The position numbers and the translations under genes were made by a program. A DNA stretch of 61,110 nucleotides, the filler included, from a bacterium (lineage in GTDB: Bacteria; JAJRZV01): NCBI GenBank assembly GCA_024275095.1. It is 5 parts of 5 records of this genome, joined end to end, with 100 filler letters (N's around TTAATTAATTAA, not from the genome) between each part and the next. Parts side by side here need not be neighbours in the genome. Positions count along the whole stretch, not along the records: positions 1 to 29,049 come from JAJRZV010000028.1; 4 more parts are not named here. One strand, 5' to 3'. Below are positions 9,928 to 18,906 of the stretch, piece by piece; the stretch's first letter is position 1; each line of letters starts with the position of its first letter. Below the pieces are notes generated by a model, which saw only the letters and a program-made list of their open reading frames with translations, made no database searches and had not been told where the DNA came from.

Positions 9928-11376
9928 GTGGTGGGGTTGAGAAATTCAAAGGGGCAGGGGGTAGGGTTCTACCTGCTCCCCTTTTTCTTGTTTGTTTTTG
10001 TGTTGGGTGGTGTTTCAAGTTGTAGAGTCCATGAAAAGCGCCAAGAGTTAAGAGTAGGAGTAGTAGATTACGTTCAGCTTTATATTCCTGCACAACAGGA
10101 AATTGCGACGATAGGACCCTTTAGTACTGCCATCAATGAGCTTCGGAGAGAGAAAGTATGGACGGAACGCTATTGGGAAGCTAAGGATAATGGCAGAAAA
10201 ATTGTGTGTGGTGAAATGAAAAAATTAAATAAAAAAATCAACATGGAAAAACTTATTGATAGTTTAAATACAGCAGCAAAACGTTCTTTTTATATAACGG
10301 GTCACAATGGCTTTGTATTTTCAAGACTGCGTTTTGAAAAAGGCTCTTCCGAATGTCCTCTTAAGGTTTTGTTTCCTTCATACATATCTCCTTTAGAAGT
10401 GATGGCAATATTAAAAAGAAGAGCTTTTGTTATTTCACAGGAAAAGAAGAAAAGATTGTTTGTGATTGACCACCTGAATTCCGCGGAGGTTGTTTTAAAG
10501 AGAAACCCTTTGGCTGAACAGAAAAATAATTTTTCACAAATATTCCTCAAGGCCTATCCCCGTCCGGAAAAGGCTTTTGCAGCACTTCTCAACGGAGACG
10601 TGGACCTGGCCTTTCCTGTTCCATATTTTTTGTACAGCGCATACAAAAGTGTCAGCGGCCTCGAGTTTAAACTGTATAACATCGAGAACTTCGTTTACAT
10701 TATTGCCTTCAACCACAAACATCTTGGAACCGGTGAAAACGATGTGCTCCACAAGGTGCTGGACCTCGCTGCTGACAGGGAAAGAATCAACAGGGATGTG
10801 TTCGGCGGCCTGGCAAACCTCGAAGGCTTCTGGCCCTGGAGGTACGATCCTGTTGAAGCCATGAAGATGCTCGACGAGCACGGGTGGCACTATGCTCCCC
10901 ATTCTTCCATCAGGGAAAAGAACGGTAAGAAGTTAATGCTGAAGGCAGCCTTTCCCGAATGGTGGCCCGAGGGGCGACGTATTCTGTTTCTCTTGAAAAG
11001 AGATTTTTATCGAATAGGCATCGGGCTTGATGTAAAATCCATAAGCTTCGAAGAAATGAGGAAAATTTTTGTCGAACAAAAAGACGATTTTGACCTCGTT
11101 TTTATCATGGGTGTGGTGGGTTATCCTCACACCCCGCTTGCGCTCTGGTGCAGGAAACTGGCAGGCCGGTTCAACCCGTTTGCATACGATGACCCTGACT
11201 TCTGCCGGGCTTCTGCAAAAGGTGACGCAGAAGGAGTCATTCGGGCTGCGTTAAAGAACCCGCCTTTTGTGTTCATCGCGGAAGCCCCCGTGGTTGTGGC
11301 TGCGGATGAACTGCTGGAGATTCCCCGGGAGAGCTACCTTTTTGAGAATATCCAGCAGTGGAGGTTCCGCCATTAA
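9928..11376 (+). CDS. Extracytoplasmic solute-binding lipoprotein, family 5 (OppA/DppA-like)
   Basis: Hydrophobic signal ending VSSC; ALLNGDVDL, IAFNH, DRERINRDVFGG, YDPVEAMKMLDEHGW...REKNGKKL, RIGIGLDV, DFDLV motifs; exact start uncertain. Confidence 0.8.
   Translation: MVGLRNSKGQGVGFYLLPFFLFVFVLGGVSSCRVHEKRQELRVGVVDYVQLYIPAQQEIATIGPFSTAINELRREKVWTERYWEAKDNGRKIVCGEMKKLNKKINMEKLIDSLNTAAKRSFYITGHNGFVFSRLRFEKGSSECPLKVLFPSYISPLEVMAILKRRAFVISQEKKKRLFVIDHLNSAEVVLKRNPLAEQKNNFSQIFLKAYPRPEKAFAALLNGDVDLAFPVPYFLYSAYKSVSGLEFKLYNIENFVYIIAFNHKHLGTGENDVLHKVLDLAADRERINRDVFGGLANLEGFWPWRYDPVEAMKMLDEHGWHYAPHSSIREKNGKKLMLKAAFPEWWPEGRRILFLLKRDFYRIGIGLDVKSISFEEMRKIFVEQKDDFDLVFIMGVVGYPHTPLALWCRKLAGRFNPFAYDDPDFCRASAKGDAEGVIRAALKNPPFVFIAEAPVVVAADELLEIPRESYLFENIQQWRFRH
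9951..9986 (+). terminator. Terminator-like hairpin with U-tract downstream of the peptide gene
   Basis: GGGGCA(GGG)GGTAG-ggtt-CTACC-TGCTCC followed by CC-TTTTT; overlaps the predicted N-terminus of the next ORF. Confidence 0.45.
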
Positions 11377-13057
11377 AACCTCTGTGCGAACACGGTTGTG
11401 GAAACTTGTGCTCGCGGCAGCCATTGTGCCCGTGATATTTTATGGCCTTCTTAACGCAGCAACCTTTCTCAGGATGACGGCAGAGTCCACACGCGAAAGG
11501 CTCAAACGCGTGGGCAGCAGGGTCTCCGAGGAAATTACTTCTTATATAAAGCACAACTTTGACATCATGGAAACTCTTGTTGAATCTTTCTCCGGAGCGA
11601 TGATGACACCTGAGCAGGTGGATGTGCTCCTTAAAAACTATGTTGTTAATTTTTCCCGGATCAGGGACATGCAAATCCGGGTGGGTCGGCACTGGTATTA
11701 CGCAATATTACAAAAGCCCATGGTCACTCCTCCCCTTTTTTCGATTTCAGCAGAAAAAGCTGTCTCCTCGATTGCTTTTGAAAAGGAAACGGGGCTTCCT
11801 GTGATTTTTTTGCAGTTGAAAAAGAAGGATTCTATTCTCGGTGACGTTGAGGTGACGGCAAGAGTGAGCATTATTGACCTCTGGAAACGCCTTATGAATG
11901 CAGAAGCTGATACCGGCATTACGTTTATCCTGACCGACGGGCAGGCTCGCATCATCGCTCACAGTCGCAAAACGCGGAAAGCCCAGGCCCTGGTATTTAA
12001 TGACACGAGGGTCAGGGATTTCCTGGCGCACAGCTCGGATAACCTTTTCGTTCGGGAACCTGACGAAACTTATTCCATGGTGGTGACGCAGGAAGTTAAG
12101 GGTCCCGGGTGGTTTCTCGCTGCTGCCCAACCTGTTGGCATGTGGGGGAGCAAGGCATTTTATACTGCACTGCGAATATTTGCCTTTATTCTTTCCTTTG
12201 TGTCTTTTGCGACCCTCGTATCTTATTATCAGGGTGGATACATAACCGGTGCTGTAGAGGAACTCGTGAAAGGCACAAGGGAGACAGCGGCAGAGAATTT
12301 CTCGTATCGGATCAGGTTGAGAACCGGAGATGAGCTGGAAGAACTCGCAGATGCCTTCAACGAAATGAACACTCGGATAAGAGAACTGCTCGAAGAGGTA
12401 AAAGAAAAGGAAAGAAAGCTGACGTTTGTAAGGCTCATTCGAGGTGTGCTGCACGACCTCAAGCATCCTTTTGCTGGCATGAAAACTGCACTTTCTTTTC
12501 GCGATGCAGAAAAGATGAAGGAGCAAATCTCACGGCATATTGAAGAGACAGAACAGCTTTTTGAGGACCTCCAGGCTCTCGGGCAGGAAAAACTGGAAAT
12601 CCCTCTTTTAAAGACTCCAGTGCATGAGGTGGTGAAAGAAGCGGTGGACATGTATAGCGACGCCGCGAAACGAAAAGGGATTGCCATAAGTTTTCAAACA
12701 CCTGAAAAAATTTACGCTCATGCTCATCCACAGTATTTGCTGCGTGTGCTGTGCAATCTGGTAGAAAACGCTGTTCAGGCCACGTCCCACGGAAAAATCG
12801 AAGTTATTGCAAAAGATGAGGGTGAGAAGATTAAAATAGTAGTGGTGGATACAGGAAAAGGCATTCCTCCGGAGAACCTTCCGCGAATTTTTCAATGGGA
12901 GTTTTCCACCAAGCATCGTGGTCTGGGATTGGGATTGGCGTTGTGCAAGCGTTTTGTAGAAGCAATGGATGGAAGCATAACAGTGGAAAGTGAGGTGGGG
13001 AGGGGAACGACCTTTACCATTGTGCTAAAAAAGCACAGGGAGGAGAAAAATGCCTGA
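11372..13057 (+). CDS. Membrane sensor histidine kinase (2 TM, periplasmic Cache-like, HAMP, HisKA, HATPase)
   Basis: Two TM segments, HAMP (TGDELEELADAFNEM), H-box LHDLKHP, NLVENAVQA, DTGKGI, FSTK, GLGLGL; start ATT 11372 or GTG 11384. Confidence 0.93.
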   Translation: MKTSVRTRLWKLVLAAAIVPVIFYGLLNAATFLRMTAESTRERLKRVGSRVSEEITSYIKHNFDIMETLVESFSGAMMTPEQVDVLLKNYVVNFSRIRDMQIRVGRHWYYAILQKPMVTPPLFSISAEKAVSSIAFEKETGLPVIFLQLKKKDSILGDVEVTARVSIIDLWKRLMNAEADTGITFILTDGQARIIAHSRKTRKAQALVFNDTRVRDFLAHSSDNLFVREPDETYSMVVTQEVKGPGWFLAAAQPVGMWGSKAFYTALRIFAFILSFVSFATLVSYYQGGYITGAVEELVKGTRETAAENFSYRIRLRTGDELEELADAFNEMNTRIRELLEEVKEKERKLTFVRLIRGVLHDLKHPFAGMKTALSFRDAEKMKEQISRHIEETEQLFEDLQALGQEKLEIPLLKTPVHEVVKEAVDMYSDAAKRKGIAISFQTPEKIYAHAHPQYLLRVLCNLVENAVQATSHGKIEVIAKDEGEKIKIVVVDTGKGIPPENLPRIFQWEFSTKHRGLGLGLALCKRFVEAMDGSITVESEVGRGTTFTIVLKKHREEKNA

Positions 13058-13286
13058 CAAACTGGAAAGGGTGGATATAAGAGAAGATTTCCACGATGAA
13101 TATGTGGAAGTGAGGTATTATCGTTCCTTGAGTATAGATGGCTCCGTCTCGTATTATGCGCATGTGATATTCGGCTCAGGGGACAGCTTCATTATCGACG
13201 ATGCGGATATAGACAGTGTCGCGGCAAAGGTGGAACGCATCCTTCCAGTATCGTATTATGTAAGGCAAATGGGTAACCATACCTGA
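13050..13286 (+). CDS. Hypothetical protein, 78 aa
   Basis: SD GGAGGAG before the ATG; overlaps the kinase stop; no recognised motif. Confidence 0.65.
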   Translation: MPDKLERVDIREDFHDEYVEVRYYRSLSIDGSVSYYAHVIFGSGDSFIIDDADIDSVAAKVERILPVSYYVRQMGNHT

Positions 13287-13295
13287 GTTGACCAG

Positions 13296-14282
13296 ATGAG
13301 CGAGATCGTATGGCAGAAAGATAATGTACGGATTGTACGATTTGGCACCCGTACACCCTGGCCGCCAAGCCATGCCAACGCGTATCTCATTGATGATGAA
13401 GTGGTCACGCTTGTGGATACGGGTTTGTGCCTGGACGAAAGCATTCAGATGATCGAAGATTATTTGAACTCGCGCAAACTTCGCATCCACAGAATTGTTA
13501 TCACTCACGGTCACATAGACCACTATGGTGCCGTCGGCGCTTTTCGGGAACGTTATCCTTCCGCTGTTGTTTTATGTCATAAAGCCGACGCGGACAAGTT
13601 GACCCGAAAGGTCTCGGAAGGAATAGAAGAAGCCTCTGAAACAATGCGGGAGTTTTTTACTTCTCAGGGAGTCCCTGAAACAGCCGTTCACATGAGCGGT
13701 GAAATGCTGCGCATACTGGATGGCGTGGTGTGTCCTGTGTATGATATTGAGTTTTTGAAGGGTGGAGAGGTTCTTGAGTCAGGAGCCATCAAGTTAAAAG
13801 TTGTGCACGTACCAGGACATTCTCCGGGTCAGGTGGTATTGTACGATGAGAAACACGGGATTCTTTTTTCCGGAGATCACGTGCTTTCCAAGAAACCTCC
13901 AACCCCGCTGATTGAAATGACGGGGGAAGGCAAGTTTTTTAACAATATCATTCATTATGTTGACTCTCTTCATTACGTGAGAAATTTTAAAGTTCAACTT
14001 GTATTGCCCGGGCACTGGCGTACCTTTGAAGACCTCAGTACAAAAGTGGATGCCCTGTTGAAGTATTACGAGATGAAAAAATGGGAAACCAAAAACGTCC
14101 TTGAAAAAGCCGGTCGCCCCATGAATGCGTATGAGATCGCCAGAGCCCTGTTTCCCGAAATGCCTGAAGGGGTGTTTTTCATAGGGGTTTCAGAAGCAAT
14201 TGGTTACCTGTCCCTTCTTGAAAAGGATGGCGAAGTTGTGGCCGACAAAACTTCTCATCCCGTTCTTTACCATCTGGTCTGA
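13296..14282 (+). CDS. MBL-fold metallo-hydrolase with C-terminal winged helix
   Basis: LVDTG, THGHIDHYG, PGHSPG, FSGDH, LPGH. Confidence 0.9.
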   Translation: MSEIVWQKDNVRIVRFGTRTPWPPSHANAYLIDDEVVTLVDTGLCLDESIQMIEDYLNSRKLRIHRIVITHGHIDHYGAVGAFRERYPSAVVLCHKADADKLTRKVSEGIEEASETMREFFTSQGVPETAVHMSGEMLRILDGVVCPVYDIEFLKGGEVLESGAIKLKVVHVPGHSPGQVVLYDEKHGILFSGDHVLSKKPPTPLIEMTGEGKFFNNIIHYVDSLHYVRNFKVQLVLPGHWRTFEDLSTKVDALLKYYEMKKWETKNVLEKAGRPMNAYEIARALFPEMPEGVFFIGVSEAIGYLSLLEKDGEVVADKTSHPVLYHLV

Positions 14283-14326
14283 TTCCTTACAAGCAGAATC
14301 GGTCCTCTGGTCGCACAGCGAAATAC

Positions 14327-14356
14327 TTGACATCTGTTCCGCGGGTTGTTTATTAT
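14327..14356 (+). promoter_or_regulatory. Sigma70-type promoter of the SCP2 gene
   Basis: TTGACA-18 nt-TATTAT, then SD AGGAGG before ATG 14399. Confidence 0.5.
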
Positions 14357-14398
14357 CGTTAACACAATGAACACTATATTACGAAAAGGAGGGATAGC

Positions 14399-14860
14399 AT
14401 GGTAGAGGAAGCATTTGTGAAGGAAATTCAGGGTTTGTCAGACGAAGAGTTGGCAGCAAGGGTAAAGGAGGCTGTGGAGAAAAATGACCGCAAGGCCCTT
14501 GCTCAGATTTCTGCTGCTGCCACAGCGCGTCAGACTTACGAGGTCATCATTCCCACTGCTTCAGCTGCTCGTCCGGACCTTGGTGAGAAACTCAAGGGCA
14601 CCAAGGCTGTGTTCAAATTCGTTATCGAAGGCGAAGGCGGTGGAGTGTGGTGTCTCGTGATTGATGACGGTAACATCAGCGTGAAAGCCGAAGACGATCC
14701 CAATGCCAATGTGACCATTACCATGGCCGAAGCTGACCGCCAGGCAATGGCCCGAAGAGAGCTGGATCCTCAGATGGCTTTCATGCAGGGCAAGGTGAAA
14801 ATTGCCGGAGATATGGCTCTGGCCATGAAACTTCGTACATTGCTCCGGCCGCCCCAGTAA
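14399..14860 (+). CDS. SCP2 sterol/lipid-binding domain protein
   Basis: FVIEGEGGGVW...LDPQMAFMQGKVKIAGDMALAMKL. Confidence 0.9.
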   Translation: MVEEAFVKEIQGLSDEELAARVKEAVEKNDRKALAQISAAATARQTYEVIIPTASAARPDLGEKLKGTKAVFKFVIEGEGGGVWCLVIDDGNISVKAEDDPNANVTITMAEADRQAMARRELDPQMAFMQGKVKIAGDMALAMKLRTLLRPPQ

Positions 14861-14894
14861 TCTTAGCTGGTATCAGGTAACAAGAGCGGTAACT

Positions 14895-14928
14895 TAAAAA
14901 GAGGGGGATGTACATCCCCCTCTTTTTA
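14895..14928 (+). terminator. Rho-independent (bidirectional) terminator
   Basis: Perfect 34-bp palindrome TAAAAAGAGGGGGATGT-ACATCCCCCTCTTTTTA followed by T-rich tract. Confidence 0.85.
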
Positions 14929-14965
14929 TTTTTATTCTTTTCTTACTTTTTCTATAATAACAAAA

Positions 14966-15964
14966 ATGAATATGGATATGGGCTGGAGGATGTTTCTCAA
15001 AATTGAGAGATGGATAGTTATTTTTGCAAGCGTTATTATTCTATTTTCGTGCTCTCGTGAAAAAGTAGAAGTTCCAAAAACGAAGAAGCCAAAGACAGTT
15101 CCGGTCCAAAAAAAAGGCGAGCCCGAAAATCTTCCTCCCGAGATAAGGGATATAGAAATTACCCCTCGTGAGCCTGTGACCGGTGAAAACGTAAAACTCA
15201 GTTTTAAATGTGTGGACCCCGATGCCCGACGTTGCAAATCCAGCATTACGTGGATTCTTAACAACGAGCCGGTGAAAGACATCAAGGGATTTATGTTTCC
15301 TGGATCGAGGCTCCATAAGGGTGATGTACTTTATGCAAAAATTACCGCAACAGATGATAAAGGTGGAGAAGTGAGTGTCAGCAGTCCGGAGGTTTATGTT
15401 CTCAACGCGCCTCCCCGCATTGTTAGATATGTAATTACTCCCCCCAATCCTTCCGCGGATGATTCCATCAAAGTCGAGCTCGAGTTCGAAGATCCTGATG
15501 GTGATTCTGTAAGCGCAGAATTCGTGTGGTACGTGGATGGAGAGGTGGTGGATGGAGTGAATGATAATGTATTGCCCCCAGGTCATGCCCGTTCCGGACA
15601 GTCGGTGGAAGCAGATGTGACGCCTTTTGATGGTGACTCGAGAGGAGAAACCGTACACATAGGACCCATCGAAATCGCCAACAGGCCTCCCAGGTTCGTG
15701 TCGCCACCCCCCACAAACATGCAGGTTTTTGGAACGTTTCAATGGCAATTCAAGGCAGTTGATCCAGACGGCGATCCCCTCTCTTTTTCCCTGGAGGGTG
15801 ATGTCCCTCCCGGGATGAGAATAGACCCTTCTTCCGGCGTTCTTTCGTGGCAGGTGGACAGCGAAGTTCTGAAGCAAGGATTGTCCTTCGTGGTGGTTGT
15901 CAGGGACTCCCACGGTGCAGAAACGAAAATGCCCATTACGTTGGGTCCAGCAAAAGTCAAATAA
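14966..15964 (+). CDS. Lipoprotein with three Ig/cadherin-like domains
   Basis: Lipobox-like LFSC; repeated N.PP...DPDGD motifs; PPGMRIDPSSGVLSW (He_PIG-like). Confidence 0.75.
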   Translation: MNMDMGWRMFLKIERWIVIFASVIILFSCSREKVEVPKTKKPKTVPVQKKGEPENLPPEIRDIEITPREPVTGENVKLSFKCVDPDARRCKSSITWILNNEPVKDIKGFMFPGSRLHKGDVLYAKITATDDKGGEVSVSSPEVYVLNAPPRIVRYVITPPNPSADDSIKVELEFEDPDGDSVSAEFVWYVDGEVVDGVNDNVLPPGHARSGQSVEADVTPFDGDSRGETVHIGPIEIANRPPRFVSPPPTNMQVFGTFQWQFKAVDPDGDPLSFSLEGDVPPGMRIDPSSGVLSWQVDSEVLKQGLSFVVVVRDSHGAETKMPITLGPAKVK

Positions 15965-16021
15965 TGTTCGACTATTCTGTCCATTTGTTCACAAAGAGGT
16001 TAAAAAAAATTATAAAAGTTC

Positions 16022-16050
16022 TTGACAAGTGTAGTAATTTTTGTCATTTT
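16022..16050 (+). promoter_or_regulatory. Promoter/operator upstream of pilM
   Basis: TTGACA -35 box that is also the left arm of inverted repeat TGACAA-N12-TTGTCA. Confidence 0.4.
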
Positions 16051-16076
16051 TTAAATGAAAAAGTTGGGGGGAAGGA

Positions 16077-17126
16077 ATGAGCCTTTTCAGCAGTGCGTAC
16101 TCCCTGGGCCTTGACATCGGGTCAAGTGCCCTGAAATTAGTAGAACTTAAAGAAACAAAGGGAGGATATGTCGTTACCAGGTGTGATTTTCAGGAGATTC
16201 CTCCTGATTCCATCGTAGATGGTCAGATCATAAACTATCAGTCAGTTAGTGCTGCACTGGAAGAACTGCTCAAACGTGCAAAGCCTCACACAAAACGGGT
16301 TACAACTTCCATTGCTGGCACGTCGGTGATTGTAAAAACGGTGAATCTTCCCATGATGACGCAAGATGAACTGGAACAATCTATTACCTGGGAAGCAGAG
16401 CAGTACCTTACTGTAGACATTAACGAAGTTAATCTGGATTTCCAGATTCTGGAGACACGACCTGAAGAAAATCAGATGAGTGTGTTACTGGTAGCAGCAA
16501 AAAAAGATATTATCAACGATTACGTTTCTGTGCTCAGTGAGCTCAAATATCAGCTTGTTGTGATGGACGTAGATTGCTTCGCGGTACAAAACATTTTTGA
16601 ATTTAACTATCCTACAGAGCCGGGCGAGATGGTGGTGCTTGTCAACATCGGAAGTCACATAACAAACGTGGAGCTTTACAGAGAAGGCAAGCCTGTGATT
16701 ACACGCGATATTTCCATTGGAGGCAACAGTATTACTGATGAGATGCAGAAGGTTCTGGGCTTTTCGTATGAAGAGGCTGAAGAAGTGAAAAAGAAGGTTT
16801 CAGAAGGAGAAGAAACGTCTGATCAGATCCTCGGCGTAATGAAAGCAGGAGTGGACAATCTTGTTGGTGAAATTCAGCGTACCGTCGATTTTCTGATGGG
16901 TTCTGTTGGAGAGTCAGATATCGCCCGCATTGTCATTTCTGGGGGGGCGAGCAAGACCTATGGGTTGCGTGAAGAACTCAGTAATGCTTATGGAAAGGAA
17001 GTGGAAGTACTTGATCCGTTCAAAAGTTTTCAACTGGATACTAAGGTGGTAGACCCTGCATTGATAAACTTTCTGGGTTCTGCAGCGACGGTAGCAGCGG
17101 GGCTGGCGTTGAGAAGAGGAGAGTGA
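16077..17126 (+). CDS. pilM: Type IV pilus assembly protein PilM
   Basis: GLDIGSSALKLVEL, WEAEQY, LDFQIL, VNIG, ISGG, GLALR; first gene of MNOPQ operon. Confidence 0.96.
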   Translation: MSLFSSAYSLGLDIGSSALKLVELKETKGGYVVTRCDFQEIPPDSIVDGQIINYQSVSAALEELLKRAKPHTKRVTTSIAGTSVIVKTVNLPMMTQDELEQSITWEAEQYLTVDINEVNLDFQILETRPEENQMSVLLVAAKKDIINDYVSVLSELKYQLVVMDVDCFAVQNIFEFNYPTEPGEMVVLVNIGSHITNVELYREGKPVITRDISIGGNSITDEMQKVLGFSYEEAEEVKKKVSEGEETSDQILGVMKAGVDNLVGEIQRTVDFLMGSVGESDIARIVISGGASKTYGLREELSNAYGKEVEVLDPFKSFQLDTKVVDPALINFLGSAATVAAGLALRRGE

Positions 17127-17135
17127 GGGATACCC

Positions 17136-17720
17136 ATGATTAAGATCAATTTATTACCCGTAAGGGAAGTCAAAAAACGTGAGGAGCTGAGGAATCACTT
17201 CATCATTGTAGGTATTATGGCATTGGTGGTTGTAATTATTATTGCGTATTTGAAAATTTCCATATCATCGTCCATAAAAAAAGTTCAAAGGGATATTGCA
17301 CAGACAAGGGCCGAAATTCAGAGGCTGGAGAAAGTTATTGGAGAAGTCAATAAGATCAAACAAATCAAAAAAGAACTGGAAGATAAATTAAGGGTGATTG
17401 ATCAGTTGAGCTCCGATAGAGATTATGTTGTGCACCTGCTCGATGAGCTTGCGATGGCTATTCCTGTCGATTACGCACGTAAAATACCTCGAAAAATCCA
17501 GCTGACTTCATTTGAGAAAAAAGGAAATGCTGTGACGATTAAAGGTGTTTCCCTGGATAATGATTCCGTTTCTGTGTTTGTCAACAACCTGGAGAAGTCT
17601 CCGTACTATCAGGCCGTGAGCATAAAGAAACTGACTAAAAAGATGAGGCAGAGAATTCGGACGTACGAGTTTGAAGTGCTGGCTACGGTGGAAAAGCCGA
17701 GAGGAGGAGGTAATCCGTGA
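17136..17720 (+). CDS. pilN: Type IV pilus assembly protein PilN
   Basis: MIKINLLP motif, TM, coiled coil, NLEKSPY. Confidence 0.95.
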   Translation: MIKINLLPVREVKKREELRNHFIIVGIMALVVVIIIAYLKISISSSIKKVQRDIAQTRAEIQRLEKVIGEVNKIKQIKKELEDKLRVIDQLSSDRDYVVHLLDELAMAIPVDYARKIPRKIQLTSFEKKGNAVTIKGVSLDNDSVSVFVNNLEKSPYYQAVSIKKLTKKMRQRIRTYEFEVLATVEKPRGGGNP

Positions 17721-18373
17721 ATCCTCAGGAGCTGCTTGATCGATATTTGAAACTCCCCCAGGCACAGAGATTTCTGGTTGTAGGGGGAGTGCTGGGTTTC
17801 ATTCTTCTGCTGTTTATTTATTTTTCGTACCTGCCTTCAAGAACACAACTGAATGCTCTTAAAGGGCAGTTGAACACTCTCACGGCTCAAATGATGGAGA
17901 AAAAAAGAATTGCAGCTGAACTGGACCGGTTTAAACAGGAAGTGGAAAATTTGAAAAAGGAATTGGCAGAAGCCCAGAAGGTTCTACCGGAGAAGGCTGA
18001 TATTCCCAACCTTCTTCTGGAACTTTCATCGCGGGGGTCGGAGGCAGGAATTACAATTGACTCTTTTCAACCCAAGGGAGAGAAGGCACTGGGTTTCTAC
18101 TCCGAACTGAATTTTGAACTTAAAATAGAAGGTGGATATCACGATATTGCTACTTATCTGGACATCATTTCAAAACTCAAACGAATTGTGAAAGTTACAG
18201 ATCTCAACATAAAACCCGCCTCCAAAGGCCAGAGCAAAGGTAAAAAAAAGGAGCAAAAAGGCACTCTCCTGGTTTCTTCTATGAAGCTCGTGACCTACCG
18301 CTTTAATCCAGAATCTTCAAAAAAACCTGGAAAGAAACCAGGTGGCGCCTCGCGCGTTCGGTCCCGGAGGTAA
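17717..18373 (+). CDS. pilO: Type IV pilus assembly protein PilO
   Basis: TM + coiled coil, LPEKADIPNLL, FYSE...GGYHDIATY...LKRIV. Confidence 0.94.
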   Translation: MNPQELLDRYLKLPQAQRFLVVGGVLGFILLLFIYFSYLPSRTQLNALKGQLNTLTAQMMEKKRIAAELDRFKQEVENLKKELAEAQKVLPEKADIPNLLLELSSRGSEAGITIDSFQPKGEKALGFYSELNFELKIEGGYHDIATYLDIISKLKRIVKVTDLNIKPASKGQSKGKKKEQKGTLLVSSMKLVTYRFNPESSKKPGKKPGGASRVRSRR

Positions 18374-18376
18374 GCG

Positions 18377-18904
18377 GTGAAAAGTGAGCGTGTAGTAATA
18401 TTGGCGATTTTTTCAGTGATTCTAACCGCAGGTGCGGTGTCCGTTGGAGGCTGTGGTGGTTCTGCCGAGGTTAAACGAGTACAACCCCCCAAGAAACCCG
18501 TACCTGCTCCGGCCGTTTCGAAGAAGCAGACTCCAGCGGGTGCCGTAAAGAAAGAACCTGAAAAACCTTTATACAGATATGACCGGTTTAACAAGGTTGA
18601 CCCATTTGAACCCATCCTGAGGATTGGTCCTTCTGAAGAGAAAATCCCAACCAATCCTCTGGAGAAGTTCGACATTCACGAATTAAAGGTAAAGGCTATT
18701 GTGTATGACCCTCGCAATCCAATGGCGGTGATAGAAGATCCTGAAGGGCAAACTTACATTGTAAAAAGAGGGATGAAGATAGGAAGGGCTGATGGAACGA
18801 TCACTCGCATTTCGCGGGATAAAATTTATGTGCTTGAAAAGTATGAAGATATTTTTGGAAATGTGAGAACAAATGAAGTGGTGTTATCCATAGAGGAAGA
18901 ATAA
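18377..18904 (+). CDS. pilP: Type IV pilus lipoprotein PilP
   Basis: Lipobox GGC, DPF, PLEKFDI, AVIEDPEG...VKRG.KIG. Confidence 0.93.
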   Translation: MKSERVVILAIFSVILTAGAVSVGGCGGSAEVKRVQPPKKPVPAPAVSKKQTPAGAVKKEPEKPLYRYDRFNKVDPFEPILRIGPSEEKIPTNPLEKFDIHELKVKAIVYDPRNPMAVIEDPEGQTYIVKRGMKIGRADGTITRISRDKIYVLEKYEDIFGNVRTNEVVLSIEEE

Positions 18905-18906
18905 AT

